64,000 bases of DNA from Tricharina praecox (taxonomy: Eukaryota): NCBI RefSeq assembly GCF_024521635.1, contig NW_026250420.1:1-64000 (forward strand), read 5' to 3'. A model generated the notes under the pieces. It ran no database searches. It saw nothing but the letters and a program-made list of their open reading frames with translations, and was not told the DNA's origin. Position 1 is the first letter of the stretch, and every line of letters begins with the position of its first letter. Below, piece by piece: positions 13,218-25,430 of this stretch. The position numbers and the translations under genes were made by a program.

Positions 13218-14283
13218 CTTCTTTTGTTATTTTTGCTGCCGCGTCTAGCGCTAGCTTCTTTTCTTGTGACGGATGTCGCTGGTCGGAACAAATAACTGGT
13301 CGGATGGTGCGCTAGTAGTTGGAGGGCCGAAGGGTTTATGCGGGTTGGTCACTCGTTCGTTAACAGAACTCTCGAGTTATCGTCGTGTATCTACATAGCG
13401 GATTGTCACCCGCTGTAGCAGTATGTAAGTATTAATTTTCAAGGGAGATTTTACTGTACTTCCTCATTGTCCAGTACACCGATATCAACCTGCAGCAGTG
13501 GGGGCCTTGAGCCCGCTGGCTCATCGTCTCCCCGGTCGTCCATCATCACTCGTCACAGCCCAATGTCGCCCAATATCTCGATCATCTGACATCTTTTCCA
13601 TCTTCTCGCCGAGCAATCGGCATCGTGCACTGCGATAATAGCATAGTAGGGGCAGAGTGCAGGAAACCGATCGGATTTCTGTCTCGGCGGCGGCGGTGCA
13701 GCAACAGTCTCCGCGAGCATCGGGGACTCTGACAGGGAAAGGAACACGGTCCCTTGTAGCAGGATCTGCAGACGACTCATGTATGACTACGGCTTTACAA
13801 CTTTGCTAGCCTCACGGAGGGTCCGAGTCGAGTCGAGCGGGTTGGTGGGAGTTGTGATATAGCTGCCAATGGCCATCAATAAACACTGCCTATCAGACAA
13901 ACAACAAACGGACAGAGACAAATATCTCACTCGGATGCAATTTACTGCGCAGGCTACCTAGTAAGATCTTCACAAATCTCCTGCCGATGAACCGTCACTA
14001 AGGGTGGTAGAGGCCCGGTACCGTAGGAACAGCAAAAACCGTTAACTACCACATAAGCAGTGGAAGGCTCGACGATTGTGTCCCCTCACCATACCCTCAT
14101 CCGCTCCCATCTCCGCAGCGATCTGTCCCACCCTTCTCCACCGCTAGCATCAGCGAGCTCCGCTTCGTGTGCGCTTAAGCAAACTGACCGCGATCGAGAT
14201 GGGCAACGTCAGTGACACGGTTGTCCACACACCACGCCACGCCAAAAAAAATCCCACGAGCCAAAATAATGTAAAAAACAGCC

Positions 14284-14383
14284 CGTCAACGACAAGATTC
14301 GAACTTGCGCGCCCGAAGGCATCCGCTGAGCTCTCCGGAATTGGAATAGCAGGCGAACGTGTTAACCACTCCACCACGTTGAC
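14284..14383 (-). tRNA. tRNA-Ser(GCT) with intron, second copy
   Basis: Reverse complement of 13118-13217 with 4 substitutions. A T-run terminator (TTTTTT on the minus strand) follows. Confidence 0.92.
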
Positions 14384-14710
14384 TAGTGTTAGTACATGCG
14401 TCAGAAGGCACTCTGAGCTACAGGCTAATCACTATTCCGAAAAATAAATGGAAACCAAAGCAGCTTCAAGGAAGCCGTATTGCGATATCAAGCCTAACGG
14501 TAGATGATGACAGCCATCGAAAATGAGTATTTCACCCCTCCGGCAGCGTATAACCTGACCGCACGGAGAAGCGTCACCTTCCTTCAGCTTCCGCGGCGAT
14601 CGTGTGCACCCGCCCGCTTTTCTATGTGCTCTTTGTCAGTACTAGCACGGCACGCACAGTCAATTTCCGTGCTTTCAACTCTCTCCTCCTCCTCGCTCTC
14701 TACTGAGGGG

Positions 14711-14790
14711 CTTGAACGGTCGAGCAGGACTTGAACGGTCGAGCAGGACTTGAACGGTTGAGCAGGACGTGAACGGTCGAGCAGGACTTG
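14711..14790. repeat. Tandem repeat, 19-bp unit CTTGAACGGTCGAGCAGGA x4
   Basis: Four contiguous copies, two of them with a single substitution. Confidence 0.95.
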
Positions 14791-15258
14791 CCACGCCTGA
14801 GCTGCGGGGTGTGGTGAGGGTTGGTCCCAGTCGTGAAAACGGTGTGACCCGAGTGAGACCGGTTTCTGATGACATGAAGGTGGACTGCCAAGATGGTGTG
14901 ACTTGAGTGGACCTGGGCAGGCTTGGGTGGACTTCTCTGTTTTTCAAGGCTGGACCTATGTTGTTTTGTTGCGGCGACCGGTTGTCTTTTGAAGTGATTG
15001 TTCTGTTCGTTGCCATTGTCATCGTGCCGACCCGATACGGCCGGCCAAACGTTGTGTTTTCGCCGCCCACTCTTATTTAAAAACGGGTCGCCGTCCTGTT
15101 TTCTTATCTGTCTTCAATCTGATGTTTGCTTACTCTTCCATGTCTTTACATTTTCTGTGTTGCGATCTCTACATTTTCTCGGGCTTCCTGTTGATGGGCT
15201 GCTCTTCTACAATTTATTGATTTCTCTTTCCATAACCACCCCGTCTGGGGCCTCTCAC

Positions 15259-15410
15259 TACTCATCCTCGCTCTCTCCTCATCCTCGCTCTCTCCTCATC
15301 CTCGCTCTCTCCTCATCCTCGCTCACGCTCTATACTCTCTCTCTCCTCTCCACTCTCTACTCCTTCTCGCTCTCTACCTATCCTCGCTCTCTCCTCATGC
15401 TCGCTCTCTT
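15259..15410. repeat. Pyrimidine-rich 17-bp tandem repeat (CTCATCCTCGCTCTCTC)
   Basis: About 3.5 near-perfect copies plus degenerate copies downstream. Confidence 0.85.
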
Positions 15411-17327
15411 CTTCTCTGCACTACCTGTCATTCCCTTCTCCTCTGAGTCTTCACTCCCTTACCAACTGCGTATTTCCTCCGGCACGCTCGCCCCCGCAAT
15501 CGGACTCCATCATTCGGAATCTGCGCGGGAAAAGAATTCTCTTGAGAGACGACAGGTAAGCTTGCACTTGCATGTTTGCTAACTTTTCGTTTCCGTGATA
15601 TGCTGATGGTTTATAATTGCAGCATCAACTCACGCCTTCGCGTGAAGCCATGGTTGAGGTTAGATTCCTTGTGCGGGACGGTGTTCCTTCGGCTTGGTCC
15701 ATCTCCCCCGCCTGCTCCCACATCCCTTAGGAGAGAGAGGTTTCTCATCATGAGTGACGGCAGGTAAGCTCTGGCATTGCACTTACATTACATGTTTGCC
15801 AACTTCTTTCATCGTGAGAGATGGCAGGTAAGCGTCAACACTTGGCTCCAATGTTCTCCAAGCGCGGTTCTAATCACCTTTCAACAACAGTATCAACAGA
15901 TGCCAAATAAGAGCGGTGACAGAAGATTGCTTCCTGCTGAGGACGTTTGAGAGCCCGCGCGTACGAATTTCGCGCCGTATTGTCGCGGGCCCGCGCGTAC
16001 CAACTTCACGCCACATGGTCTCCCTCTGGCAGCAGACCTATTTTGTTTTGTCCATTGATTCTATTTTGTTTTGATCGCTGTTGTTCTCGTCGGTGGTGCG
16101 ACGATGCAATGTCGGTGAAAGTTGATATTGTGGGATGTTGCCAGGACTGACGTCTTAGCGCTTCTATCCGACCCTTGGCTGCGGACCTTGAGAGGGTATT
16201 GGTACCAAGACGTTGGTCTGGTTGACGGACCAGGGTGCTGCAGGGGTGGGCCTCTTCAATTTTGCACGGCGGGTTTGTTTTGTTTTGCTCCCTTCTGTCC
16301 ATTTCGACGATGGCGTGACGGGCTAGTGTCAGCGAACTTGATCATACCTTCCGACGAGGTTTAGTGGGATCGGCTAATTTTCGCCGCTTGGTTCTATGAT
16401 TTAATCGGGGGGGTGCCCACTTTTGTTGGAAAGGCCGCCGCTTGTTAATTCTCTTTCCCTAACCGCTATTTTCTCGAGACTAGGTAGTTCTCACCTAATT
16501 TTTCCAAGTTTGCTTCTTCTATACTGGGTCCCTCGACTTATTTCTGCTTTCTCATATATAATATTAGATAAAGTTTGGGGAACGAGCTATGTAGGTAGTC
16601 TGTATGTATGACGTCAGAAGAAAGATTCCACTAGAGGCGATCCGGTTGGGCTATAGTAGTCAGAGGTGGACATTATGTAGATAGACCCCTAATCGGCACA
16701 TAGAATAGACATGTTTCTATCATCTTGGTTTTTTTTTCATACCCATCTACGGGATACGACAAAAAGTACCTTTAGATACGCCGTCAGAGTTTGTGCACCA
16801 ATCTTCACCCAGGACACTTACGACTCCGAAGAGCCTGCTTGAATTAGGCGTGGTACAAAACATGAGGAGGCCGGGTGGAGGGTTTCGTATCATTTTGTAT
16901 TCGACTGTGTCCGGCCATGACAGTTGGCTTACATACACGATGTCCGTTTCCTAACCCTTCTATTAGTATGCACCCTCGAAGCACCTACTGAGATATGTTC
17001 GCGCAAATCTAGACTCAGAGCACTTTGCGATGGGATTTTACGTTGCTCTCCAAAGAGAAGCCGGCCAAGAGCGATGCCGCTACCGACATCGAGAACTTGA
17101 TATGTTCGCAATGAGGTGAGCCGTGGCTAGTGTAATGGATATGGCGAACTAGCATCTCGAGTGACGGAGCCGGACGACGACGAAGGAGTGGTCAGCCTGG
17201 GATTGAATTCCATCCAAGTTCCCCGCAGTCGGCTGAGTGTGTCTATGAGTGAGCTATAAACGTCCGTCGGCTCGCCTGAACTCCGACAACGCTATCCCCT
17301 AATGCCGTAATACCCCCTCACGATATC

Positions 17328-18218
17328 CTACAGCTTTCCCACTTCGATCCTTCCATTCCATTTCTCCACGACCTCCCTCACCCACTGCGCCAAGTCCTCG
17401 ATCATAGCCGGCGTACACTCATGCCCCACGCCCTCATACACTTTATCCACAATCTCCACTCCCTGGGCCCCCTTCAACTCCTCTAAGAACCCACGATTAC
17501 AGTCATAAGGAACCAACTTATCCGCACCCCCACTCAAACACAGCACCCTCTTCCCCTGCAGTCGTCTCGCAACCTCCTTTACCCCCATCGCCGCGGGATC
17601 GAGCCTCTTCGCCGTATCGAGCAGACCCTCTGGGAATGCCGCGCACGCACCGATCGAAAAGGCATTCAGGCGGCTCTTCTCAGCGCGATGCCGCATCAAC
17701 GCGCAGTAGTCGGCGCACCCAATAATCACCCCCGCCGCCTCGATCCTCGGGTCCTGCGTAACTGCGATCCACGCAGCATGGCCACCAAGCGACACGCCAG
17801 CGACGATGTGTCGCTCCACCTTTCTGCCCAGATACGCCGAGAGGAAGTCGATCACGCCCGCAAGATCCCGCGCCGTGCCGGCGTAGCTGGCTAGCAGGTC
17901 GATGGCGTGCGTGTCGTTTCCCTGGCGCCAGGCTTCGTTGCGGATGGGGTCGATGGAGCGCGTGCCGTGGTTTCGCTGGTCGAAGCTGATGCAGATGGTG
18001 GGGGAGATGGCGGCGTCAAGGATGCTGCATGCGAGCGGAGTCATGTAGGATGAGGTTTGGAGGCGTGGGTGGAGGAGGTGCACTGCGGTTAGAGTGCATG
18101 TTTGGGTCGCGGGCGGAAGAGCATTGAGGCCGTGGATTGTGGTGCTGAGACCGCCGATGGTGAGGACGGTGGGGGGGTATTTGGAAGTCGACGCGGAGGT
18201 GGGGTCGGGGGACTCCAT
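17328..18218 (-). CDS. Alpha/beta hydrolase (esterase-like), intronless, about 296 aa
   Basis: FDQRNHG, nucleophile GVSLGG, acid GGADKLV and histidine GVGHE. First ATG at 18218. Confidence 0.88.
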   Translation of the reverse strand: MESPDPTSASTSKYPPTVLTIGGLSTTIHGLNALPPATQTCTLTAVHLLHPRLQTSSYMTPLACSILDAAISPTICISFDQRNHGTRSIDPIRNEAWRQGNDTHAIDLLASYAGTARDLAGVIDFLSAYLGRKVERHIVAGVSLGGHAAWIAVTQDPRIEAAGVIIGCADYCALMRHRAEKSRLNAFSIGACAAFPEGLLDTAKRLDPAAMGVKEVARRLQGKRVLCLSGGADKLVPYDCNRGFLEELKGAQGVEIVDKVYEGVGHECTPAMIEDLAQWVREVVEKWNGRIEVGKL

Positions 18219-18599
18219 TTTGGGGAGGTTCTGGATGGCAGGGTGACGGGGTGACGGGACGACGGGATCGATGGATTGGACTTTGGTGTTGTTCACCGAG
18301 GTACTAGTACAGAGTAGTCAACCCTAACCCGTGAAGTGACGTTTCGTGCTGGATTAGCTATGAGGAGGGGACAGTAACAAGTAGTTGATAAGTTATGTAT
18401 GTAGTAATGCTGGCGACTGTAGCTACACAGGACTCGGTGGTTGATCGGGGCGAGACAGATGGGCGCTTGGGGTGTACTGGATTATAGGTAGATGATCGTG
18501 TCGTTGTACTGATCTTGCGACGAGCTCTAGCATGTATAGCACTGATTGCGGTGTCTCAAGTCAGGAAGTAGGTAGTGCACGAACCGTTAAGGAATATGA

Positions 18600-19265
18600 T
18601 TGCTAAAACGGCGATCGCGATGAAAAAGCAATGAAAGAGGAGAGCTGACATTCACTCTACAGATGATACTTTTCCCCCACGCCTCGCCAATTCATGTTAA
18701 CATCCCTTCAACCGCATTCCACAGAATCGTCTGCCACCGTCAGCTATGATGCAAAAGGGCTGACCACACCCGCGAGGGGTCGTCCAAGTGTTTACGCACT
18801 GTGTCGACTCCTTCTATTTCGCCGAATATGATCACCCAACTGAAATCAGACTTCAAGTAGGCCACCATGCGGTCGACGAAGAATGACTTCATATTTTGCG
18901 GGTGGAAATCTGGAATAACCTCAGATATCCCACAAGGGTGATCGCTAACGAAGCACTCGTTGTTGAATTCTGTAGTTCGGTGCACCGCAAAATACCTTGC
19001 ATTTTGGCTGGATGTCCGAAATTCGAAACGGTTCAGTAAAGCGTAGAGTATCTGGTGTCTCATCAGTATCACACTCGATACCGAAATATTGTGTGAAATC
19101 TTGTACCTTAAGCTCGGAGAGAGCGGAGTAAGGAACCATATATGGCCCTGGAAGCCTAGGACCAGCACACGACATGTCTGACTGCCGTCGTAAAATAATG
19201 GGGACCATTCTATCGGGATCCCTGGGTGCGTCTAGTGCGGCAGGCGGCTTGTTCTTGATATCCAT
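18600..19265 (-). pseudogene. Paralogue A of an unrecognised tandem gene family (frameshifted)
   Basis: MDIKNK..PYMVPYS in one frame and HPCGI..FFVDR..WVIIFGEI in another. The motifs recur in neighbouring copies. Confidence 0.7.
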
Positions 19266-19489
19266 GGTTGGAGAGAACGGAGAGACCGACTCGAGGCGGA
19301 GATTGTGGAGGTGTGTGCAAGCAGGAAGCTTGCGGGGTAATTGATGATACACATTGGCGGGCGACGATTCCAACCCGCATAAAGAAAACACCTCAAGTAA
19401 TAGAAGGAATAGGTGGAACCATGGACTTGCGCTGCTAGCCAATCACCAACCTACATAGACCCAAGAACGTAATTTTAAAGCGGCGATAT

Positions 19490-19765
19490 ATGATTATTAA
19501 GCAATTCAGATGTGACAGGGAAAATTCAACCGTGTCGAGCCATCACCTCCCATACACGACCTTCGTGAGTCGTTGATTCTCATTCCGTCAGTTTGATCGC
19601 ATTCCACCGTGCCGTCAACCACGAGTCCAGCGTCACAAGGGAAGTCTTCCGAGCCCGTACTAAACTTATCATTCCGATTTCCCAAGATCCGATCGTCCAC
19701 CTCGTTTGGTTTTCATCCGGGACATCTACATACGAGGAACGCTGGACGGTTGGTTTTTAACATCC
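19490..19765 (-). pseudogene. Internally deleted paralogue fragment of the same family
   Basis: RWTIGSWEIG and VVDGTVEC resemble WxxIFGEI and VVGGTVGC. The upstream GGTGAGGAA context is shared with copy B. Confidence 0.45.
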
Positions 19766-19793
19766 GCGGCTGGTGAGGAATAGAAAGACAGGG

Positions 19794-20070
19794 GGCCATC
19801 TACTACGACGAACGCCAACAACAACACCAACCCTAGTTAATCCGTCCGCAAGTCCAGCTATGCGGCTCTCCCTGTTGCCCTACTGACTGCTTCCACAGAT
19901 CACCACCGCCGCCATCATATTGCACCCCTACAAACTCTTCTTTAATTCCACCTCTGCCGATCTATCATCCTCCTCGATAGCCGACCCACCACGTCTTTCC
20001 TCCCATTCTTTCTCTCTCGCCTTCCGTTCCACATCGGTAGCCTCCAGAAACTCAAGGACTGCATCAGTGC
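19794..20070 (-). mobile_element. 5'-truncated LINE 3' end with 14-bp TSD
   Basis: Encodes CTDAVLEFLEATDVERKARE and is homologous to 59901-60540. Flanked by ATAGAAAGACAGGG (19780-19793) and ATAGAGAGACAGGG (20071-20084). Confidence 0.85.
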
Positions 20071-20201
20071 ATAGAGAGACAGGGTCTGGATACGATTCAC
20101 GAAGTTGCGGAGACGCGCGGAAAGAGAGAGTGGTTAGGTATTAGTGCTATGTACACGTTACGGATCACGCACTGCACTTTAATATGTAGTTATTGGCAGA
20201 A

Positions 20202-20942
20202 TCAATGGTATGATGGCGTGTATGATGGCAGAAACCAGTGCGCGGATTTTTGAAGAATACAATCATCCGAATAGCGACACATCATGAGAAAGCAATGAAA
20301 TGAAAGATTACATGATCCATCCTGCCAGACCATCATCTTCAGTACCCTTGACCCGGACATTCCTATTAGGGCATCTTCTGGACTGCATCCCACAGTTCCT
20401 CCTACCACCGTCAGTGAGAAGCCAAAAGGCAAAACTAGAGGTCTTTCATGTACTGTACTTACTGGGGAGAACTCTGCGATTTCCCCGAATATTGCCAACC
20501 ACATTGGTGTATAAGCATTCTCACTGCTGAAGAACAGCAGGCGGTCGACGAAGAACGCCGTCATATTTTCCGCCAGGTGTGTGTGTGAAACTTGAGCGAT
20601 TCCATACTGGCGTAAATGTTGATTGACCGGTATATTTGGATGCACCACAAAGATTTTCAAGTCATCGTTATACCATCCGCCGTGAAATTCGTCCCGAGCG
20701 ATGCGGAGGCCCTAGAGTGTCCCATCAGTCTCGCATCAAGGGATGGAATAATTTGTAAATGATGTAGGTACCTCAATTGTAGTGATAGAACTGTAGGGAA
20801 TCATAAACGGCCCTCCAAGCTTGCAACTATTCCCACCATAAATTTCTCTTCTGGGGGGCGGGCTTTCTGCACTGACGATGACCAAGCGATTGGGGTTGAG
20901 CGATGGTGCTAGTATAACCGTCGACTTATTCTTGACGTACAT
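20202..20942 (-). pseudogene. Paralogue B of the tandem family (in-frame stops)
   Basis: MYVKNK..NPNR..GPFMIPYSSI then stops, then FFVDR..WLAIFGEI..VVGGTVGC..SFHCF. Same CCAACCATG start context as copy A. Confidence 0.72.
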
Positions 20943-21013
20943 GGTTGGTGAGGAAGGAAAAGCACTGATTCGAGATCCGATGGCTATGTAAGAAGGAAAT
21001 CGGGACTGTAACC

Positions 21014-21101
21014 AGGAAAGCAGAGTTTTAAGAAGGAAGGCGGGGTTGCATGAAGGAAAGCAGAGTTTTAAGAAGGAAGGCGGGGGGTTGCATGAAGGAA
21101 A
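21014..21101. repeat. ~40-bp tandem duplication
   Basis: AGGAAAGCAGAGTTTTAAGAAGGAAGGCGGGG(GG)TTGCATGA occurs twice. Confidence 0.85.
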
Positions 21102-21329
21102 GTGGAGTCGTACGAGGGAAAGCGAGGTCGTGAGTGGTAGGGTACCCGCTGGCGGCTACAAGGTGACGGATCGGGCGCTGACTTCGGGAGCTGACCACGA
21201 GAAAACACGTGATGATAGGGAAGATTGGTAGAGCCGTGGTCAAGACTCGTTGAAGAATACTAATACTCGCTGGAATAGGATGCATTACGAATCAATGAAG
21301 AACGAGAGCCGAGTTCCACAATTGCCGGA

Positions 21330-21989
21330 ATGCGATGATACCTACATTGTAATCAATGAAGAAAGAGAGTTGAGTTTCCAATAGACCATCCCTTTTGATG
21401 CCCGATCGTCGCCAATTCCTATAACTATCTGGTCAACCGTAGCCCACAGAGTCGTCTACCACCGTAAAGGAGAGGGCTTTCGAGTACGTACAAGGTGCAA
21501 CTCTCCGATTTCTCCGAACATACCCACCGCGTGCTTTTGCTGCGGTCGAAGCAGAACACTACGCGGTCGTCGACGACAAAAGACTCCGTATTCTGCGCGT
21601 GATACGTGATAAACTCGTAAAACCTCAGCTATTCCACGCTGGTATTCGGAACCAAGACGATTGTGCTGAATGACACTTCACCGCACCGCAAACATCCTCA
21701 TTATTCTGGTGACCCGAATAATTTACAGTTGTATTTCTTATAGTATTTGAGAGTCCCCTTCAGTACTCTATCCCATCAGTCGCACATCCAGGGATGATAT
21801 ATCGCAAACCCGCGTACCTCGAAATTAGAGATAGAGCTGCAGGGGATCATAAAGTTTGACACCGGTACATACCTTAAGTGGCCCATCAGATGCTTCTCCA
21901 CGGGGCGCCTGTACTCCAATGACAGCGATCGTTTTGTTGGGGTTGATCGGTGCACTAGGTGCAGTAAACGACCTATTCCTGCTATCCAT
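21330..21989 (-). pseudogene. Paralogue C of the tandem family (stops and frameshifts)
   Basis: MDSRNR..INPNK, FMIPCSSISNFEV, FVDDRVVF and VVDDSVG segments. Confidence 0.6.
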
Positions 21990-22199
21990 GCTTTGGGGAA
22001 ATGGACAGCCGGACTCGAGATCCTAGATTGAGAAGACGGGTATAAGAAGGAGAGCGGCGTCATTTCTGAGGGTTCCAGCACGAAAAAATATCACCTGATC
22101 TAACGCAAGGTGCCTCACTGGCGGAAACACTGAAGTGGCACTTCCATCCATGCAAATAGACGGGACCGAAGCCACAGTGCGTGGTCGAGAAGGAATGTG

Positions 22200-22900
22200 A
22201 TTGCTGAACGACGATACACGATGATGAAGCAATAAGAAATGAGATGCCATCCACTCTGCCAGGCCATCCCGTCCCATGTACCCGTGCCTCGTCTGTTCCT
22301 CCTCCATCTCTTCGATCGCTTCGCACTCTGACCTCTATCACTGCATGCATCAACAATCAGACACATACGCGTCCGTGCGTAGTTGACTCCAGACTCGATT
22401 CCTCAAACACCATGTCCACTTCCCGCTTGCGTTCCGGGCATCCGGCACGAAGGATGCCCCACTGCCCTTACGGAACGCATGGTAGTGGAAAGACCTCCGA
22501 GCACATACATTACATACCAGCTCGGACGCTCCAATTTCCCCAAAAATCATCGTCCACTCCAAAGTGCTTTCGTCCCAGCAGAACACCACCCGTTCGAGTA
22601 AGGACCACTCAAGATGTATTTCCCACAGCAAAATTTCAGAACCTCAGCCACCCCACACGGGTGCTCGTGCACGGGAGCGAGAGCAGTATTATCGAATAGT
22701 ATAATTCGGTGAATCGCACTGATCCTTCTTTTCTCCCTGTACGCCGAATCACTGGGGTCGTCCATTATCCGGTGGAGCGGAGTTTCAGGCTCGGTGTGCC
22801 ATATGGGTGCACAACCGCAGTCGCGAAACGAATTAGGTCCCGCTCAGATGTTAACCAGTGAATCGTCATCAAAAGTTAACAGGAGCATCTCCGTACCCAG
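22200..22900 (-). pseudogene. Paralogue D of the tandem family (frameshifted)
   Basis: AIHR..EHPCGVAEV, ERVVF..WTMIFGEIG. Boundaries are approximate. Confidence 0.62.
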
Positions 22901-24633
22901 CGGCAGAGTCGACGGTGGTAGCTACCACCATTGCCTCTGGAAGGTGAAGAATGGCCAGTTTGGTGGTTGTGTCGGTGGTAAAATGAGATGACGGTAGGTC
23001 GAGATTATTGCCCATAATCCGTCGGCCCTCAGGTACAGCCTGGGGCCTGACACTGTATCGTAACGATCAGCAGAGCTCCTTCATAGAGTGTTACGAGTCG
23101 TAGGGGTTAAAAGGAAGATTTGAGGTGGTGGGAGAGTTGGTAAGTGAAGGAGAGGAGCATCCATTATTCGAATCTGGACATCTGGGTGGAAAGTGCAACT
23201 TAAATCATCGTTCATAAAACGAGATAGGCACCTCGCCACTCGTCGCAGTGCGAGTCCATTGCGCTGTGCATGAGACAGGATCACTAGGGATCAGTCGTCA
23301 TCCTGCACATAGTTTCCTTGAACCAAGGAAACCCAGATATGAATCCCATTTGCGCAGTATGTTTCTTAGACGGCCGACCCATCACGGTAGGCGCGGAATT
23401 AGCGGAGAGAAGCGTCATATCCACCCGTCCCGGAGATTCGCCCATGATCCACGAGCAGCCTTGTGACTCTGGGGGAACTTTATGATCAGCTCTATAATTT
23501 ATGGAAAGGGACGTCTCTCAACGAGGCCTGAACTCTCCGTAAGTAGCCAATCACCCTGCACTTGGACTTTCTCTCACGATGTCGACCATATGATGGTATG
23601 GCGTTCGTCGTCCCTCGCCGAAGAGAATAGAGCTGTAATCGACGGAATCTATCAAACAATGATGGGAGTATCTTGTTGACAGGAGCTGTATGTCCAGTGC
23701 CGCGGAGGTAGTGTGAATCGAAGTCCGCCGTGGTGCGTCGCTGGTTTCATGGCCCGGTGTCAGCAACGCTACTCGGTGTGTGTCAGGAGACGACGGAGCA
23801 ACTTAGCATGAAAGAACGTATCAGATACTGGGAAGGGGGCACAAAACAGGGTAACATAAATGCAGTCACTCGAACAGTTGCCGGATAGACCAAGTGACCG
23901 AGTGAGAGCATGAGATTAAGGGAGCATCATTCAAGGTTGGTTTTACTTGTGTCGGCCCGAGGCGGATGGGAAGGGGAAGTGGGGCGCCGCATTGGACTGG
24001 TCGGCACCGGGGTCCGGGGTCCGGGGCTTTCACCTCGACTGGCCAGGGCGGGCAGGAAACGGAGTTTGTGGGTTCGCCATAGCTTAGATAGGCTGCATGC
24101 GAAATAAAACAGGAAGATCTCTCTCTCACTCAAGGTTCGTCGATGAGCAAAGTACCGAACCCGATAATCGCAATTGCACCCCCGTGCCGAATTGGCCGAC
24201 AACCCGAATAACCATCTCACGACAGAAAGTAAACAGGACATACGGGAGGCAGGAATCCAGTCCCGGTACATTCGAAGAGTCGTACTGTAGATTTCGCAGC
24301 TTTTTTTTTCCTTAACACATCTTTCGAGATCTTATCTTGTATCAAATTGTGGGATCTTGGGTCTTGGCAGTTCGGGGATTCCTCTTTCATGTCCACCTCG
24401 ACGACCTTCCCCGTCCTCTCTTCCTTCCCCCAGACCCTTCCTCATCCTCTATTCCTTCCCCCACACAATCCCCCCTCACCATATCGCTTTCCCGATAAAC
24501 CCCACTGCTCCCATTATCAGCAATCCTCATCACAGACTTCCTTCCATACATCCCAAGTATTTTCCATTGCAACGATTGATTTCAAAACATCAATCGCTTA
24601 CATTGGCCCAGTTAAACACACCAACAGTCAACA

Positions 24634-25430
24634 ATGGAGAAGAAGCCTGTTGAAGATGCTGGCGAGGCGGCCTCCAAGAAGCCAGGCCTGGAGAACAAGC
24701 CGGCTGTCGCGGACGGTGTCACCGAGGCCTTTGAGCCACAGGTGACTGTCTCGCCGGCTGTTTCGTCAAGCAACGGTGGAAACAAGAATGTCCCGGCCCC
24801 CAAGAATCTTCAGAACCAGTAAGTGTCCTCCAACAGCGACGAAGGCGCCGGCAATAATGACAAGTTCTCTTGCAGCGGAAACCCCACCACCGCCACCACT
24901 TCGCAGGTTGAGAGCGAACTCGGTCGCATGAATCCGACCATCCAAGATACGCCCGCTATGGCAGGTGATGTCGCCGCCACGGCCTCGTCGGCTGTTCCCA
25001 TCGCTGTCTCCTCGGGCATATTATCGGGAGGTGGAATCACGACGAGTGCCGTGGCTCCCACGATTGCTCCCGCGATCCGGAAGCGTCCTCACCCCATGTA
25101 AGTGTCCTCCTCCTCCTCCTCCTCCAGCCAGCGAAGAAGGTGCCGGCCAGCACTAACGCAAAGCTTTCCTACAGGGCGAGAGGCATCGACCTTAGCCGCC
25201 CGCAGGTCTCGCGCGGCCCAGGGAGGATGACGATCGTCGTGCCGCGGAAGTACCGCACCGACATCCCTCCCTGCGAAACTTGCGTACACAACAGGAACCG
25301 CGACCAGCACGCGGACGCTGAAGATACCACAGAACCCGAGTCCTACTCGGATGACTCGTCCGATGAGGAGCTCGAGGAGTACCCGCCCTCCTCCTCCTCC
25401 TCCTCCTCCTCCGACGACGATGATTGGTAG
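24634..25430 (+). CDS. Hypothetical low-complexity protein, about 220 aa, 3 exons (24634-24818, 24876-25097, 25175-25430)
   Basis: Two GTAAGT..CAG introns, both phase 2, join three ORFs in frame (663 nt). Contains CETC and an acidic/Ser-rich tail. Confidence 0.7.

Noticed and set aside
14711..14790. CRISPR-like array
   Set aside because: Contiguous repeats without spacers, in eukaryotic DNA.
24820..25101. In-frame TAA stops as readthrough or editing sites
   Set aside because: Both fall inside GTAAGT splice donors of in-frame introns.
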